From: Octopus bimaculoides
Taxonomy: Eukaryota
DNA length: 49,351 nt
Assembly: GCF_001194135.2 (NCBI RefSeq)
Contig: NC_068985.1
Coordinates: 15,255,750 to 15,305,100 of the forward strand
Reading direction: 5' to 3'
Shown here: piece by piece, positions 1 through 11,957 of the stretch
How positions within the stretch are numbered: position 1 is the first letter of the stretch
How the letters are laid out: every line of letters begins with the position of its first letter
Made by a program: the position numbers and the translations under genes
The notes under the pieces: generated by a model
Seen by the model: only the letters and a program-made list of their open reading frames with translations
Databases searched by the model: none
What the model was told of the DNA's origin: nothing

Positions 1-1
1 C

Positions 2-138
2 CAAAATACAATGTTTATATACCAAAAAGATTTTATAACATTTTCTAACATTTTTCTAACATTTTTCTGACATAATTTAAATATATACTTTAACCATGTA
101 ACACAAGCCTTCTGTAGTTTTTTCACTCTTATTATCTT
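2..138 (+). repeat. Young dispersed repeat; inverted copy at 8382-8508
   Basis: Near-identical reverse-complement match apart from one extra unit of a short internal tandem repeat. Confidence 0.9.
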
Positions 139-279
139 ATATATATATATATATATATAATAACAATAAATGGAGCAAAACGCATATAAATAAAAGTTCC
201 TTTAATTCCTACATGTCTTTCTATTTAGTAATGATAAAAACAATGTATATACGTACGTACGTACGTACATATATACATA

Positions 280-640
280 CATACATACATGCATACCCTG
301 TTGTTGATGGTGAAATTCCAACGAAGGAGCCCTGGGTCTGGGTTAGAAACCGGTTCTTTTTCTATTGCTAAGAAATCTTGAAATAAACTGAATACAGTAG
401 CACTCTCAGTACCAGTGTTTACCCTAAAAGCGCTGGGTGGATGGCTATGTGGGTGTGATATTTCAGAACAAGTTTGAAAACCTCTCGTTTGGAACACCTA
501 CAAGTGGGGTTAGCCATATACGCACAGGCTTACCATTGAGAGATTTACTGTCCACAAAAGAACTCCATGAGCATGTCTTTAGAGTAGCGATAAATGACCA
601 CATAAAATGTTTACGACTAATTTTGAAACACTGACCATTT
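280..640 (-). mobile_element. Possible LINE 3' end with (TGTA)n tail
   Basis: Coding-like composition ending on the minus strand in a (TGTA)n run. No clear motif. Confidence 0.3.
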
Positions 641-1563
641 TGCAGAATAAGTTATATTTAACTAGTTATTTATTTTATAGACAAATACGTTGTCTGAATA
701 AGTTGTTACATTTCGAACCAGTTTCACGGATATGTTCGGGTTGCGCGACTTATGGTGCTATTAAATAACAGCCTCCGGACTTACTGCTTTCCACTGTGTT
801 CTCTATTTCTTTGTCTTTTTTATTTCCTTTGAAGAGAGACCTTCAAGCAGTTTTTTGCTGCCACAAGTATAACGCCTCAGCATTCTTCCCTTCGCCATCA
901 ATTTTACTGATTATATTTCAGGTCTGCCACAAGATACAGCTCTGGATCTGAACTGACCATGTGGTTTCGAAGGACCATAAAGACTAACAAGTTTATACTG
1001 ACCTCTCCCGACCACATGTTGCTCTTCGTTACTGCAGTTCTCACAACAAATGCGATGACGAGTCAAAGGTTGATATCATTAGCATTACTCCTGTTATTTT
1101 CGCGTTGCGTCTCCCCGTGTTCTGCAGTTCAAATTCATGGTGTGAGATGGATCTTACCACATCAGCATGTCTCGTGGCTTTGTCCTTAGTCCCGTAGTAA
1201 CTGCTTTGCTTTCAACACACTCTCTCAAATGAAATCACTTGCCAGACATGTATTAAAACATTAAAGACTGTTCAACTATAACGTCAACATGATAGAGACG
1301 GTAAAGTACAGCAGTTAAGTGATATCTGTATCACGCTGTACAAAATAAGAACACCACAGTCGGAAGCCTATTAATACAATGTATCGCCGCTAAACACCTT
1401 GATCTAAGAAGTCGTCGATGTTTTACTTCTATGTTCAATATTAACAGTATGTAACTCTTCATGAGAATCAATGTATTTGTGTTTGTGTGATCTTACTGAT
1501 TATATTGGTTTTTCTTTCAGTTGATCGTATATTTATTGCAATGTGTGCGTTTATCAAGCAGAA

Positions 1564-1636
1564 GGGGAATTAGCTCAAGTGGTAGAGCGCTCGCTTAGCA
1601 TGTGAGAGGTACCGGGATCGATACCCGGATTCTCCA
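1564..1636 (+). tRNA. tRNA-Ala-AGC: tRNA-Ala(AGC), copy 1
   Basis: 73-nt cloverleaf GGGGAAT..ATTCTCCA with G3:U70 alanine identity pair, anticodon loop TTAGCAT, T-loop ATCGATA (A54) and G30:U40. TTTTT terminator at 1641-1645. Confidence 0.97.
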
Positions 1637-1871
1637 CTTCTTTTTAAAATTTCTATTCTTTTCTATTATATTGTATATATTTTTAGTCGTAATTCGCTGC
1701 AGTATTTGGTTGTGTTACTCTCTTTTCTGAGTTCATTTTCAGCCATGATCAACTTTGTATTTCATTCCGCCATAGTTAATAAAATAATAATTAGTTGATC
1801 AATTTTATATTAGAATTGCTATTCGCTTTCCTTGAAAGAAAAGACTATCTATACATTTGATATTTTCTCTT

Positions 1872-2320
1872 CTTACTACTAGTTTCAAATTTTTGGCACA
1901 AGCAGAATGATTTTAAGGGGAGACGGTTAGTCGACTCCATCGACCCCAGCATTTGATTGGTACGTATTTTATCAACTCCAAAAGAATGAAAGGCAAAGTC
2001 AACCTCTGCGACATTTGAACCCCAGGGCGTAAAAATACAGAAGAAATGGCGCTATTTTGTCCGGTGCAGCAACGGTGCTGCCAGCCCGCCGCCTTAAAAA
2101 CTAATCAAATAAGCCTTTCTACTATAGGCACAAAGCCCGATATTTGGTGGGAGGGGGCCAGTCGATTAGATCAATCCCAGTACGCAACTGGTACTTAATT
2201 TATCGACCCCGAAAGGATGAAAGGCAAAGTCGACCTCGGCGGAATTTGAACTCAGAAGGTAGCGATATACCGTTAAGTATTTTGTCCAGGGTGTTAACAA
2301 TTCTGCCAGCCCACCCCTTT
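1872..2320 (-). mobile_element. Two tandem copies of tRNA-derived SINE family A (1872-2096, 2117-2320)
   Basis: Reverse complement of GGCGGCGAGCTGGCAG..TTCTGAGTTCAAATTCCGCCGAGGTCGACTTTGCCTTTCATCCTTTCGGGGTCGATAAATTAAGTACC, as in copy 11742-11957. Confidence 0.88.
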
Positions 2321-3159
2321 AATAATAATNNNNNNNNNNNNNNNNNNNNNNNNNNNNNNNNNNNNNNNNNNNNNNNNNNNNNNNNNNNNNNNNNNNNNNN
2401 NNNNNNNNNNNNNNNNNNNNNNNNNNNNNNNNNNNNNNNNNNNNNNNNNNNNNNNNNNNNNNNNNNNNNNNNNNNNNNNNNNNNNNNNNNNNNNNNNNNN
2501 NNNNNNNNNNNNNNNNNNNNNNNNNNNNNNNNNNNNNNNNNNNNNNNNNNNNNNNNNNNNNNNNNNNNNNNNNNNNNNNNNNNNNNNNNNNNNNNNNNNN
2601 NNNNNNNNNNNNNNNNNNNNNNNNNNNNNNNNNNNNNNNNNNNNNNNNNNNNNNNNNNNNNNNNNNNNNNNNNNNNNNNNNNNNNNNNNNNNNNNNNNNN
2701 NNNNNNNNNNNNNNNNNNNNNNNNNNNNNNNNNNNNNNNNNNNNNNNNNNNNNNNNNNNNNNNNNNNNNNNNNNNNNNNNNNNNNNNNNNNNNNNNNNNN
2801 NNNNNNNNNNNNNNNNNNNNNNNNNNNNNNNNNNNNNNNNNNNNNNNNNNNNNNNNNNNNNNNNNNNNNNNNNNNNNNNNNNNNNNNNNNNNNNNNNNNN
2901 NNNNNNNNNNNNNNNNNNNNNNNNNNNNNNNNNNNNNNNNNNNNNNNNNNNNNNNNNNNNNNNNNNNNNNNNNNNNNNNNNNNNNNNNNNNNNNNNNNNN
3001 NNNNNNNNNNNNNNNNNNNNNNNNNNNNNNNNNNNNNNNNNNNNNNNNNNNNNNNNNNNNNNNNNNNNNNNNNNNNNNNNNNNNNNNGTTGGGAAGCAAG
3101 CTACTTACCACACAGCCACTCGTATATATATTTTATACTATTTTTTTAAGAATTTGTAT

Positions 3160-3817
3160 GCCGGCGTTCTTGCAGATACGTTAGCACGCCGGCGAAATGC
3201 TTCGTAGTATTTCACCTACCTTTACGTTCTGAGTTCAATTTCTACCTCAGTCAAATTTGCATTTCATCCTTTCAAGGTCCATAAATTAAGTACAAGTTGT
3301 GTACTAGGGTCGATTTAATCGACCGGCCTCCTCCCCCAAAATTTCGGGCTTTGTGCTTAGAGTAGAAAATATTATTTTCATAGTTTATATATTTGTTTTA
3401 TTATAAATGCAAAACAACACCACGGAGGAATCGACGCCAGCTTAAATAATAAACTGGGATAGGTTAACCGCGATATGGCGCGGGATTACTGTAGTAGAAA
3501 GGATTACTAGATTACTTTCAGAGTGGTGGAATGTTAGAGTATCGGACAAGATTCCTCCTGATTCTTTAGGTTCTGAGTTCAAACCCCATCGAGGTTAACT
3601 ATGCCTTTCAGCGTCGATAAAATAAAGTAACAGTCAAATAATCCTCTCTATTATAGGCTCGAGGCCTGAAATTTGGTGAAGGGGGATAGTCGATTACATC
3701 GGCCCTAGTACTCAACTGGTACTTAATTTATCGACCCCGAAAGGATAAAAGGCACAGTTGACATTGGTGGAATTTGAACTCAGAACGTAGCGACGTTCTG
3801 CCAGCTTGCAGCCTTAA
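3160..3817. mobile_element. Three SINE A copies/fragments (3160-3375 +, ~3520-3630 +, 3640-3817 -)
   Basis: B-box TTCTGAGTTCAA and family A body in each. Confidence 0.85.
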
Positions 3818-3855
3818 AGTAACTTTCAAATAATGAAGTCGATATTATTGATTGC

Positions 3856-4187
3856 CGAAGGCGCGTGCCTTAGTGGTTAGGAGGATTCGGCTAACGATCG
3901 TGAGGTCGTGAGTTCGATACACGGCTGTGAAGTGAGTCTTTGAGCAAGACACTTTATTTCATGTGGCTCCAGTCCACTCAGCTGGCAAAAATGAGTTGTA
4001 CCTGTATTTCAAAGAGCCACCCTTGTCATATTCTGTCTCACGTTGAATCTCTGAGAACTACGTTAAGGATATACTTGCCGTGAAATACTCAACCACTTGT
4101 ACGTTAATTTCACGAACTGGCAGTACGGTTGATCGGATCGACTAGGACACTCGTCGTCGTAACCGACGGAGTACCAGTTTTTTTTTT
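3856..4187 (+). mobile_element. SINE D copy 1 (D body plus C-type tail)
   Basis: tRNA head, body TTGAGCAAGACACTTTATTTC..CTCCAGTCCACTCAGCTGGCAAAAATGAGT, then the family C tail. Confidence 0.85.
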
Positions 4188-4799
4188 ATGATTGATTATA
4201 TTGACTCACATTTTCCTCTCAAAAATAACAGCCTTGTACTTGATTTAATCATGATTAAATTGTAAATTGCTTTGGAAAGTGTAGATTTATAAATATAATT
4301 TTCCCTGTGACTGATTCTAATAAATAAAATGGTGAAATTTTTTATGGCCTAATAAGATGAGTGAAATTATCAGTTTTCCGCTGATAATCATTAATTTATT
4401 TATAAAATTCTAAAATAATGAAGAAGTCATACGTTATTGACAATATTTCCGAGACGTTCCAGTTAGCAACATTATTTGTTGTTTATCATTATCAGCTGGA
4501 TATTATAATTCACAACGGTATCTATACCATTATACAACATAGTGCAGGTTACATTTTTAGAGAGCATTTTATATTTCTTAATATTGTACATGTATGCTAC
4601 AAAATTATACATGTTGTAGTGTACACTGCTATTTATATAAAGACATAATCACGTGATCACATGACCGATCAGGCTATCAACTGTTGTTACACATCGCTGG
4701 TCACAATGCGTTTTTGCATTGTTTTAGCCTTCAAATGATGCCACCCCGCTTGCTAGTCGGGGAAAAATACTTGCAGATTTAGAGGTCCAGCATATATAT

Positions 4800-4958
4800 G
4801 TGACGGACATTTTTCAGCAGTTTCCCTGAGCACCAAATCCTCTCACAAGGCTTCGGTAAGCCTGGGGCTATAGTAGAGGACACTTGTCCACGGTAACACG
4901 CAGTGAGACTGGATCTCGAACCATGTGCTTGGAAAGCAACTTCTTACCACACAGCCAC
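4800..4958 (-). mobile_element. SINE B 5' half
   Basis: Head and CORE-like part only, ending at (TA)n. Confidence 0.8.
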
Positions 4959-5392
4959 ACTTTCTGAAACGAAAATGCTTATCTCTTTCAAGCATTTAAA
5001 TTTTAGCACAGAAATAGTATGGTGATATAAAGTTTCTTCACTCCGCAAATTTTGAGGGGAAAAAAATTCAAGATTTCGTCCATAAAATGAAAAACCGCAA
5101 ATGGAGAAAAAATTGAATTGAAGAGGGATGCACAAATTTGCACATTTTGGTGAATACTGGTAAGAGACGGCATTAAAATCCTGAAATTGTTGACAATGGG
5201 AAAATATATTGTTTATTTTGTATTTTATATAATTTTTTTTTATACGTAAGTTTAAGTTATCAAAGTGTTAATGGTATTTATTTATAAAACCTGTCACTGT
5301 CATGAAAACATTTTAAAACACGTTGTGTTCATACGTTCTATAATGCTTGCTTGCATATAACTGGTGGATGGTGCTGCCTGCGCGAAAATATA

Positions 5393-5540
5393 TGGTGGTT
5401 GTGTGGTGAGAGGTTTGCTTCCCAACCACATGGTTACGGGTTCAATCTTACTGCGTAGCACCTTGGGCGAGTGTCTTCTGCTATAGCCTCGGGTCGACCA
5501 AAGCCTTGCGAGTGGATTTAGTAGACAGAACCCGAAAGAA

Positions 5541-5581
<41 letters not shown>

Positions 5582-5807
5582 TGTCTGCCTGTCCGTCTGT
5601 CTGTCTGTATGTCTATCTATCTGTCTGTCTGTGTCTGTCTGTCTGTCCCCCACCACCGACTGGCAACTAGTGCTGGTGTGTTTATGTTTCTGCAACTTAG
5701 CGGTTCGGCAAAATAGAGTACTTGGGTCGATTTATTCGGCTAAAAATTCTTCAAAGCAGTGCTGCAGCATGGCCGCAGTCCATTGACTGAAACAAATAAA
5801 AAATAAA
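5393..5807 (+). mobile_element. Full-length SINE B (CORE-like, internal microsatellite)
   Basis: tRNA-like head, CORE-like CACCTTGGGC(G/A)AGTGTCTTCT..TATAGCCTCGGG, internal (TG)n/(TCTG)n, and tail GGTGC..CAGCATGGCCGCAGTC..GACTGAAAC. Confidence 0.92.
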
Positions 5808-5894
5808 CGATATCCGATAAAGTATAACATATTGATTATGTCTAAAAAGAAGATGCTTTTCTTTCATTCACCTTTCGTAAGTGTAACTTTGAAA

Positions 5895-6293
5895 ACAAAG
5901 ATCTGATGTCATCGGGTCTATCCAACGATCATTTGGTGTTTCGATCCTGAACCGTAACACCTTCCCATCGATGAGTAACCCGTGGTAACCAATTCACACC
6001 TCAGCATTCTCTCCGGGCTCCCAGTTTAACTAATCTCTCTTTCTCCATAACTTTTAAGGGACGCTTTCTGTTATCCATTGTATCCTGCTCACGGCTGCCT
6101 TTCTCTCGCTTCCCGTTATTTCAGTGGCTGAAAGCACCCTTAATACTGACTGAGCAGAGGAATCGTCTACAGTCAACCTCGTCTGGAAATAGCCGTGGCT
6201 GGCGTTCCTTCTCCCCACAATACACCAAAAGGTTCTTGTACTTGGCATGCTTCTAAGCTTGATGACCCTTTTCTTCCCAAGGGTCTTTAAAAC
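5895..6293 (-). mobile_element. RLE-type non-LTR retrotransposon 3' fragment (HERO/NeSL/R4-like)
   Basis: Minus frames give PWEE..K.AKYKNL..C..RLFP.EV.CR and AQSVLRVLS..ITGSERKAAV..LWRKR, the restriction-like endonuclease tail pattern. Confidence 0.65.
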
Positions 6294-6692
6294 ATATTTA
6301 CATTTCTAATTATTATAATTAAACGGTATGAATGCTTTGTTTGGATCAGAAGACCGTTCTTTTTTTTGCTGTTGTTCAGTAATACTGCAGAAGTGAATTC
6401 AACAAAGATAACTACAGCTTAAAATTGCCTGAAGTTCCATTATGCTTTACACACACAGACACACAATNNNNNNNNNNAAGGCTGTTAAATGTAAGTTATT
6501 AAATTTCTCGTTGTCCAATTTATATCCCATCATTAAATTTCTACTAATTCTTAATTTCATTAATATGTATTCATTCCGTTTCCCTCTCACTCACATTCTC
6601 TTTCTATCCCTATCTATCTATCTAGCTATCCATCTATCCATTTATCTATCTATCTATCCCTTTGTCTCTGTCTATGTACGTATGTGTGTGTA

Positions 6693-6729
<37 letters not shown>

Positions 6730-7734
6730 NNNNNNNNNNNNNNNNNNNNNNNNNNNNNNNNNNNNNNNNNNNNNNNNNNNNNNNNNNNNNNNNNNNNNNN
6801 NNNNNNNNNNNNNNNNNNNNNNNNNNNNNNNNNNNNNNNNNNNNNNNNNNNNNNNNNNNNNNNNNNNNNNNNNNNNNNNNNNNNNNNNNNNNNNNNNNNN
6901 NNNNNNNNNNNNNNNNNNNNNNNNNNNNNNNNNNNNNNNNNNNNNNNNNNNNNNNNNNNNNNNNNNNNNNNNNNNNNNNNNNNNNNNNNNNNNNNNNNNN
7001 NNNNNNNNNNNNNNNNNNNNNNNNNNNNNNNNNNNNNNNNNNNNNNNNNNNNNNNNNNNNNNNNNNNNNNNNNNNNNNNNNNNNNNNNNNNNNNNNNNNN
7101 NNNNNNNNNNNNNNNNNNNNNNNNNNNNNNNNNNNNNNNNNNNNNNNNNNNNNNNNNNNNNNNNNNNNNNNNNNNNNNNNNNNNNNNNNNNNNNNNNNNN
7201 NNNNNNNNNNNNNNNNNNNNNNNNNNNNNNNNNNNNNNNNNNNNNNNNNNNNNNNNNNNNNNNNNNNNNNNNNNNNNNNNNNNNNNNNNNNNNNNNNNNN
7301 NNNNNNNNNNNNNNNNNNNNNNNNNNNNNNNNNNNNNNNNNNNNNNNNNNNNNNNNNNNNNNNNNNNNNNNNNNNNNNNNNNNNNNNNNNNNNNNNNNNN
7401 NNNNNNNNNNNNNNNNNNNNNNNNNNNNNNNNNNNNNNNNNNNNNNNNNNNNNNNNNNNNNNNNNNNNNNNNNNNNNNNNNNNNNNNNNNNNNNNNNNNN
7501 NNNNNNNNNNNNNNNNNNNNNNNNNNNNNNNNNNNNNNNNNNNNNNNNNNNNNNNNNNNNNNNNNNNNNNNNNNNNNNNNNNNNNNNNNNNNNNNNNNNN
7601 NNNNNNNNNNNNCAAACAGCCAAATTTCGATCAACATATCCATTGGAGCAGACAAACATTGCAAACATCATCCGAAACCTGGTTATTATATCGTCATGAA
7701 TATATGTATGAACGATTTATCACAACCTTAGTTT

Positions 7735-7872
7735 TCTGATTTAGGTACAAGGTCAAGAGTTTTCGAAGGGAGTGTGTTAGTTGATTGTATTGCCCCTACT
7801 ACATGAATGGTATTTTTCTTATCGACGCTGAAAAGCGAGATTTACATCGGCAGAGTTTGAACTCAGAACTGC
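7735..7872 (-). mobile_element. Degenerate SINE A
   Basis: tttgaactcagaac and ttatcgac..gaaa motifs. Confidence 0.6.
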
Positions 7873-8061
7873 GTGCTACAAAACTATTTTTTCCGACGCT
7901 AAACAATATTAATAAGTACCACTCAAGTACTGAAATCGACTACCCCGCCCCCGCCCTTCGGTGTACCTATGCAGTAATCCCTCGACTATTGCGGGTGTTA
8001 CGTTCTACCCTTCCACCCCACCCCCACTACTGGTGAACATCCGTGAAATAGAAACAGTACT

Positions 8062-8263
8062 ATACTTTTACTTGGTTCAGTCATTGGACTGTGGCTATGC
8101 TGGAGCACACCTTTAGTCGAGCAACTCGACCCTAGGACTTATTCTTTGGAAGCCTAATACTTATTCTATCGGTCTCTTATGCCAAACCGCTAAGTTACGA
8201 GGACGTAAACACACCACCATCGGTTGTCAAGCGATGTTGGTGGGGACAAGTACAGACATACAA

Positions 8264-8340
<77 letters not shown>
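8062..8340 (-). mobile_element. SINE B 3' half plus microsatellite
   Basis: Reverse complement of the family B tail. Confidence 0.85.
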
Positions 8341-8342
<2 letters not shown>

Positions 8343-8888
8343 AGAAAGTTGGTATGTGAAAGCACGTGGTTGGATGTATAAAAGATAATAAGAGTGAAAA
8401 AACTACAGAAGGCTTGTGTTACATGGTTAAAGTATATATTTAAATTATGTCAGAAAAATGTTAGAAAAATGTTAGAAAATCTTTTTGGTATATAAACATT
8501 GTATTTTGAGAAATAATCGGTTTCGTGTTGTCTTTTCAAATTTCTCTACNNNNNNNNNNNNNNNNNNNNNNNNNNNNNNNNNNNNNNNNNNNNNNNNNNN
8601 NNNNNNNNNNNNNNNNNNNNNNNNNNNNNNNNNNNNNNNNNNNNNNNNNNNNNNNNNNNNNNNNNNNNNNNNNNNNNNNNNNNNNNNNNNNNNNNNNNNN
8701 NNNNNNNNNNNNNNNNNNNNNNNNNNNNNNNNNNNNNNNNNNNNNNNNNNNNNNNNNNNNNNNNNNNNNNNNNNNNNNNNNNNNNNNNNNNNNNNNNNNN
8801 NNNNNNNNNNNNNNNNNNNNNNNNNNNNNNNNNNNNNNNNNNNNNNNNNNNNNNNNNNNNNNNNNNNNNNNNNNNNNNNNNNNNNNNN

Positions 8889-8924
<36 letters not shown>

Positions 8925-8925
<1 letters not shown>

Positions 8926-9016
8926 ACGGGCTTCTTTCAGTTTTCGTCTACCAAATCCACTCACAAGGCTTTGGTCGGCCCGCAGTGGGGATGAACCCGG
9001 AACCATGTGGTGCTAC
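8925..9016 (-). mobile_element. SINE B 5' fragment with CORE deleted
   Basis: ctaccaaatccactcacaaggctttggtcggccc is joined directly to gcagtggg..gaacc. Confidence 0.75.
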
Positions 9017-9055
9017 ATTTTTCATGTTTTTTTTATGTTCTTGCGATTGGCTCAA

Positions 9056-9448
9056 GCATGGCTGTGAGGTTAAAAAGTTCGCTTTGCAGCCACATGATTT
9101 CAGGTTCAGTCTCACTGCGCGACTTCCTGGGTAAGTGTTTTCTACTATAACCCCGAAGTGACCAATGCCATGTGAGAGAATTTGGTAGGCGGAAACTGAG
9201 TGGAATCCCGTTGTATGTGTGTGTTTGTGTGCATGTGTTCCTGTTTGTGTCTACTGACTGCCTGACAATCATTGTTGATTTGTTTACGTTCCCGTAACAT
9301 AACGGTTCATCAAAAGAGACTGATAAAATATGTAACAGGCTTAAAAAAATAAAAGTACTGTTAGGCGATTTATTCGACTAAACCCGTCAAGGTGGTGCCC
9401 CAGCATGGCCGCAGTCCAATGACAATAACAAGTATAAGATAAAAGATA
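9056..9448 (+). mobile_element. Full-length diverged SINE B
   Basis: Collinear with 5393-5807. Confidence 0.85.
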
Positions 9449-10519
9449 TATTTTCTGCATGTGTTGTGAATGTTACAAACCTGTTCCATATAATTCTTCA
9501 TTTTCTTTTTCTTTCTTTCTGCAGCGCGTCCATGTATGGTTATTCTGTCACGTGCGGTATTATTTTGTATTAAGCAATAGTGGCTATTTTTAGTATTGAA
9601 GGCAAGATTTAGTAGAGAAGGCGAATTCTCTTTACCAGCGAAACAATATGATGAATAACGCTGCGGTGCTATATAGTAAGCGATAAAGTAGTTATTTATT
9701 ATTCTACATAAGTAAACTGTGATTTTAATACAACATTTCTGCGATACATAAAATCTATGTTATCGACAATTTATCTCGTTGTAAAAGTTTTGAAATAAGA
9801 AAAAAAATGTAAACCACATAATATAAACAATTTTCTACTGTTAAGAACAAACTTACGAATTAAAAATGACTTGCGAGTATTAAGAATAGAGGGGGCGTGG
9901 TTTCTGCCCATTAAATGTGAATAAATATCAGCTTAGCTTTACCAAAAGGTTTTTTACAATTCATGGAGATCTATCACGCTGTATTATATTATTTCTATGT
10001 TGAATATCAACAATCTAGATTTATGCTTTTATTATCCAAGTGTCGAAACCATAATGGCATCCGTTGAGCAGCTGATGATGGGAATATATGTCCTATGTAC
10101 TTAACGTCTGTGAATATTTTCAATTTTGTGTTCTCGTTGTTCTAACTTGTCCTTCATTCTCGTAGGATTGAACTTGTTAAGGGGTTCTTGGTTTCTTGTT
10201 TATGATGGATTTTGTTGTTTATATCCTATCCTATATTGATATTTCTTGATTGTCGTTCATGGGGATTCTAATTATGGCTAGGATTTCTAGTTTGTGGAGA
10301 TTTTGTTGCACATAATTATATTGTTCAACAATGTTCACGAATTTACATTTGAAACAGAATAGAAATTTAAACTCGAATGGAAATAAGAATCTCATGAAAG
10401 TAACTTTACTCCTATATGAAATAAAAATAGAAAACCTCAATGCGAATAAAGTACTACCACTGGAAAGTGGCGTTTATTTGTTTTGCAATGACAGCTAAAG
10501 AAGACGTGAGATTCTTTTA

Positions 10520-10632
10520 CCAACCTTTCAGTTGCCGTCTACCAAATCCACTCACAAAGCTTTGGTCGGTCCGAGGCAATAGTAGAAGACACTTGCCCAA
10601 GCTGCCACACAGTGAGACTGAACCCGGAACCA
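10520..10632 (-). mobile_element. SINE B fragment
   Basis: CORE-like segment on the minus strand. Confidence 0.8.
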
Positions 10633-10677
10633 TACCACACTCACACACACACACACACATATATATGTATATGTATG

Positions 10678-10780
<103 letters not shown>

Positions 10781-10789
10781 AGAGGTCAC

Positions 10790-11075
10790 ACCCCTTTACT
10801 ACACATACGTAATTAGAATGTCCAGAAAAGATTCGCAAGAGGGATTCTTCAAGCCGAGCCAACAGGCAGGAGACCTAGGGGTAGATCAAAAGCAATATGG
10901 CTGGATAATATCCTTACTTTTAGTTAGTCTCGTTTGGGAATCCAAGCGGAAACTGTAATGATTGTTGTTTCTGTCAGGGTCTTATGATCTTATGGAGGAG
11001 CTGCCAATGTGCTCTATCCCCACGACCCTCCCAAGAATAGTGGGCGAATATGGATGGAAGGATAGCAAACAAAAT
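10790..11075 (+). mobile_element. Second fragment of the same Rex3-like RTE family
   Basis: Collinear with 19441-19740 (gattcttcaagccgag, cctcccaagaata, atggatgg tail). Confidence 0.7.
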
Positions 11076-11741
11076 GAATTAATTATCAAATCCTAATATA
11101 CCCTCCTTTAAATCCAGCTATACTGATGAGAAATATATGTTCATTACAGTTTTGAAACGCTTTTTTGAGTGCAACTATATATTCAAACATTAAATTCATT
11201 GAAACGCAAATTTCAGAATAGTTTTTGGAAATCTAGAAATGATTACATTATAAACAGTCATAAAGAAATAACGAATGATTACACAATATTTAATCGATAT
11301 TTCTGCGGGCGATTTAAAGTTTGCTGTTGCTTTTAACGAGAGATTCTATAGTCTTCATTTTGTGAACTTTATTAAAGGATTTTTTGCCGATGCAGAACAT
11401 TGCAATCACAGAACGTTTCTGTCATTTTATATGCGATTATCATTATTTCCTCCTACCAACCTCCACTTTAATTTCAATCATGAAAAATCAATAAAATATA
11501 TTATAATGTATGTATAAGAATCAATGAGACCAAGTTTTCGTTAATGGAGAATGTTTCATAAATTACAGATACTGAAATGTTAAGTAGCATACAGTGTTGG
11601 TGCGTTTTTATTATTATTTCACGTAACCAAAGATAACTATTCTTTGTAACGGGGACATAATATTACAGCGATAAAAAATATGACGTCATATAAAACTGAA
11701 ATCACTTGGAAAGACATTCTATAATATTGCTGACGTCATAA

Positions 11742-11957
11742 GGCGGCGAGCTGGTAGAAAGGTTAGCACGCCTGGCGAAATGCTTAGCGGTATTTCATCT
11801 GTCTTTACGTTCTGAGTTCAAATTCCGCCGAGGTCGACTTTGCTTTTCATCCTTTCGGGATCGATAAATTAAGTACCAGTTGCGTACTGGGGTCGATCTA
11901 ATCGACTGGCTCCCCCTCCCCCAAAATTTCGCGTCTTGTGCTTAGAGTAGAAAAGAA
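11742..11957 (+). mobile_element. Full-length SINE A with long TSD
   Basis: Complete head to tail. Flanked by aatattg(c/a)tgacgtcataag at 11723-11742 and 11956-11975. Confidence 0.92.

Noticed and set aside
740-1200. Coding-like segment, possibly a decayed RTE on the minus strand
   Set aside because: Motifs are too degraded to assign.
9495-9560. Polypyrimidine tract plus CAG as a possible splice acceptor
   Set aside because: No recognisable coding exon follows, and it is unsupported without RNA data.
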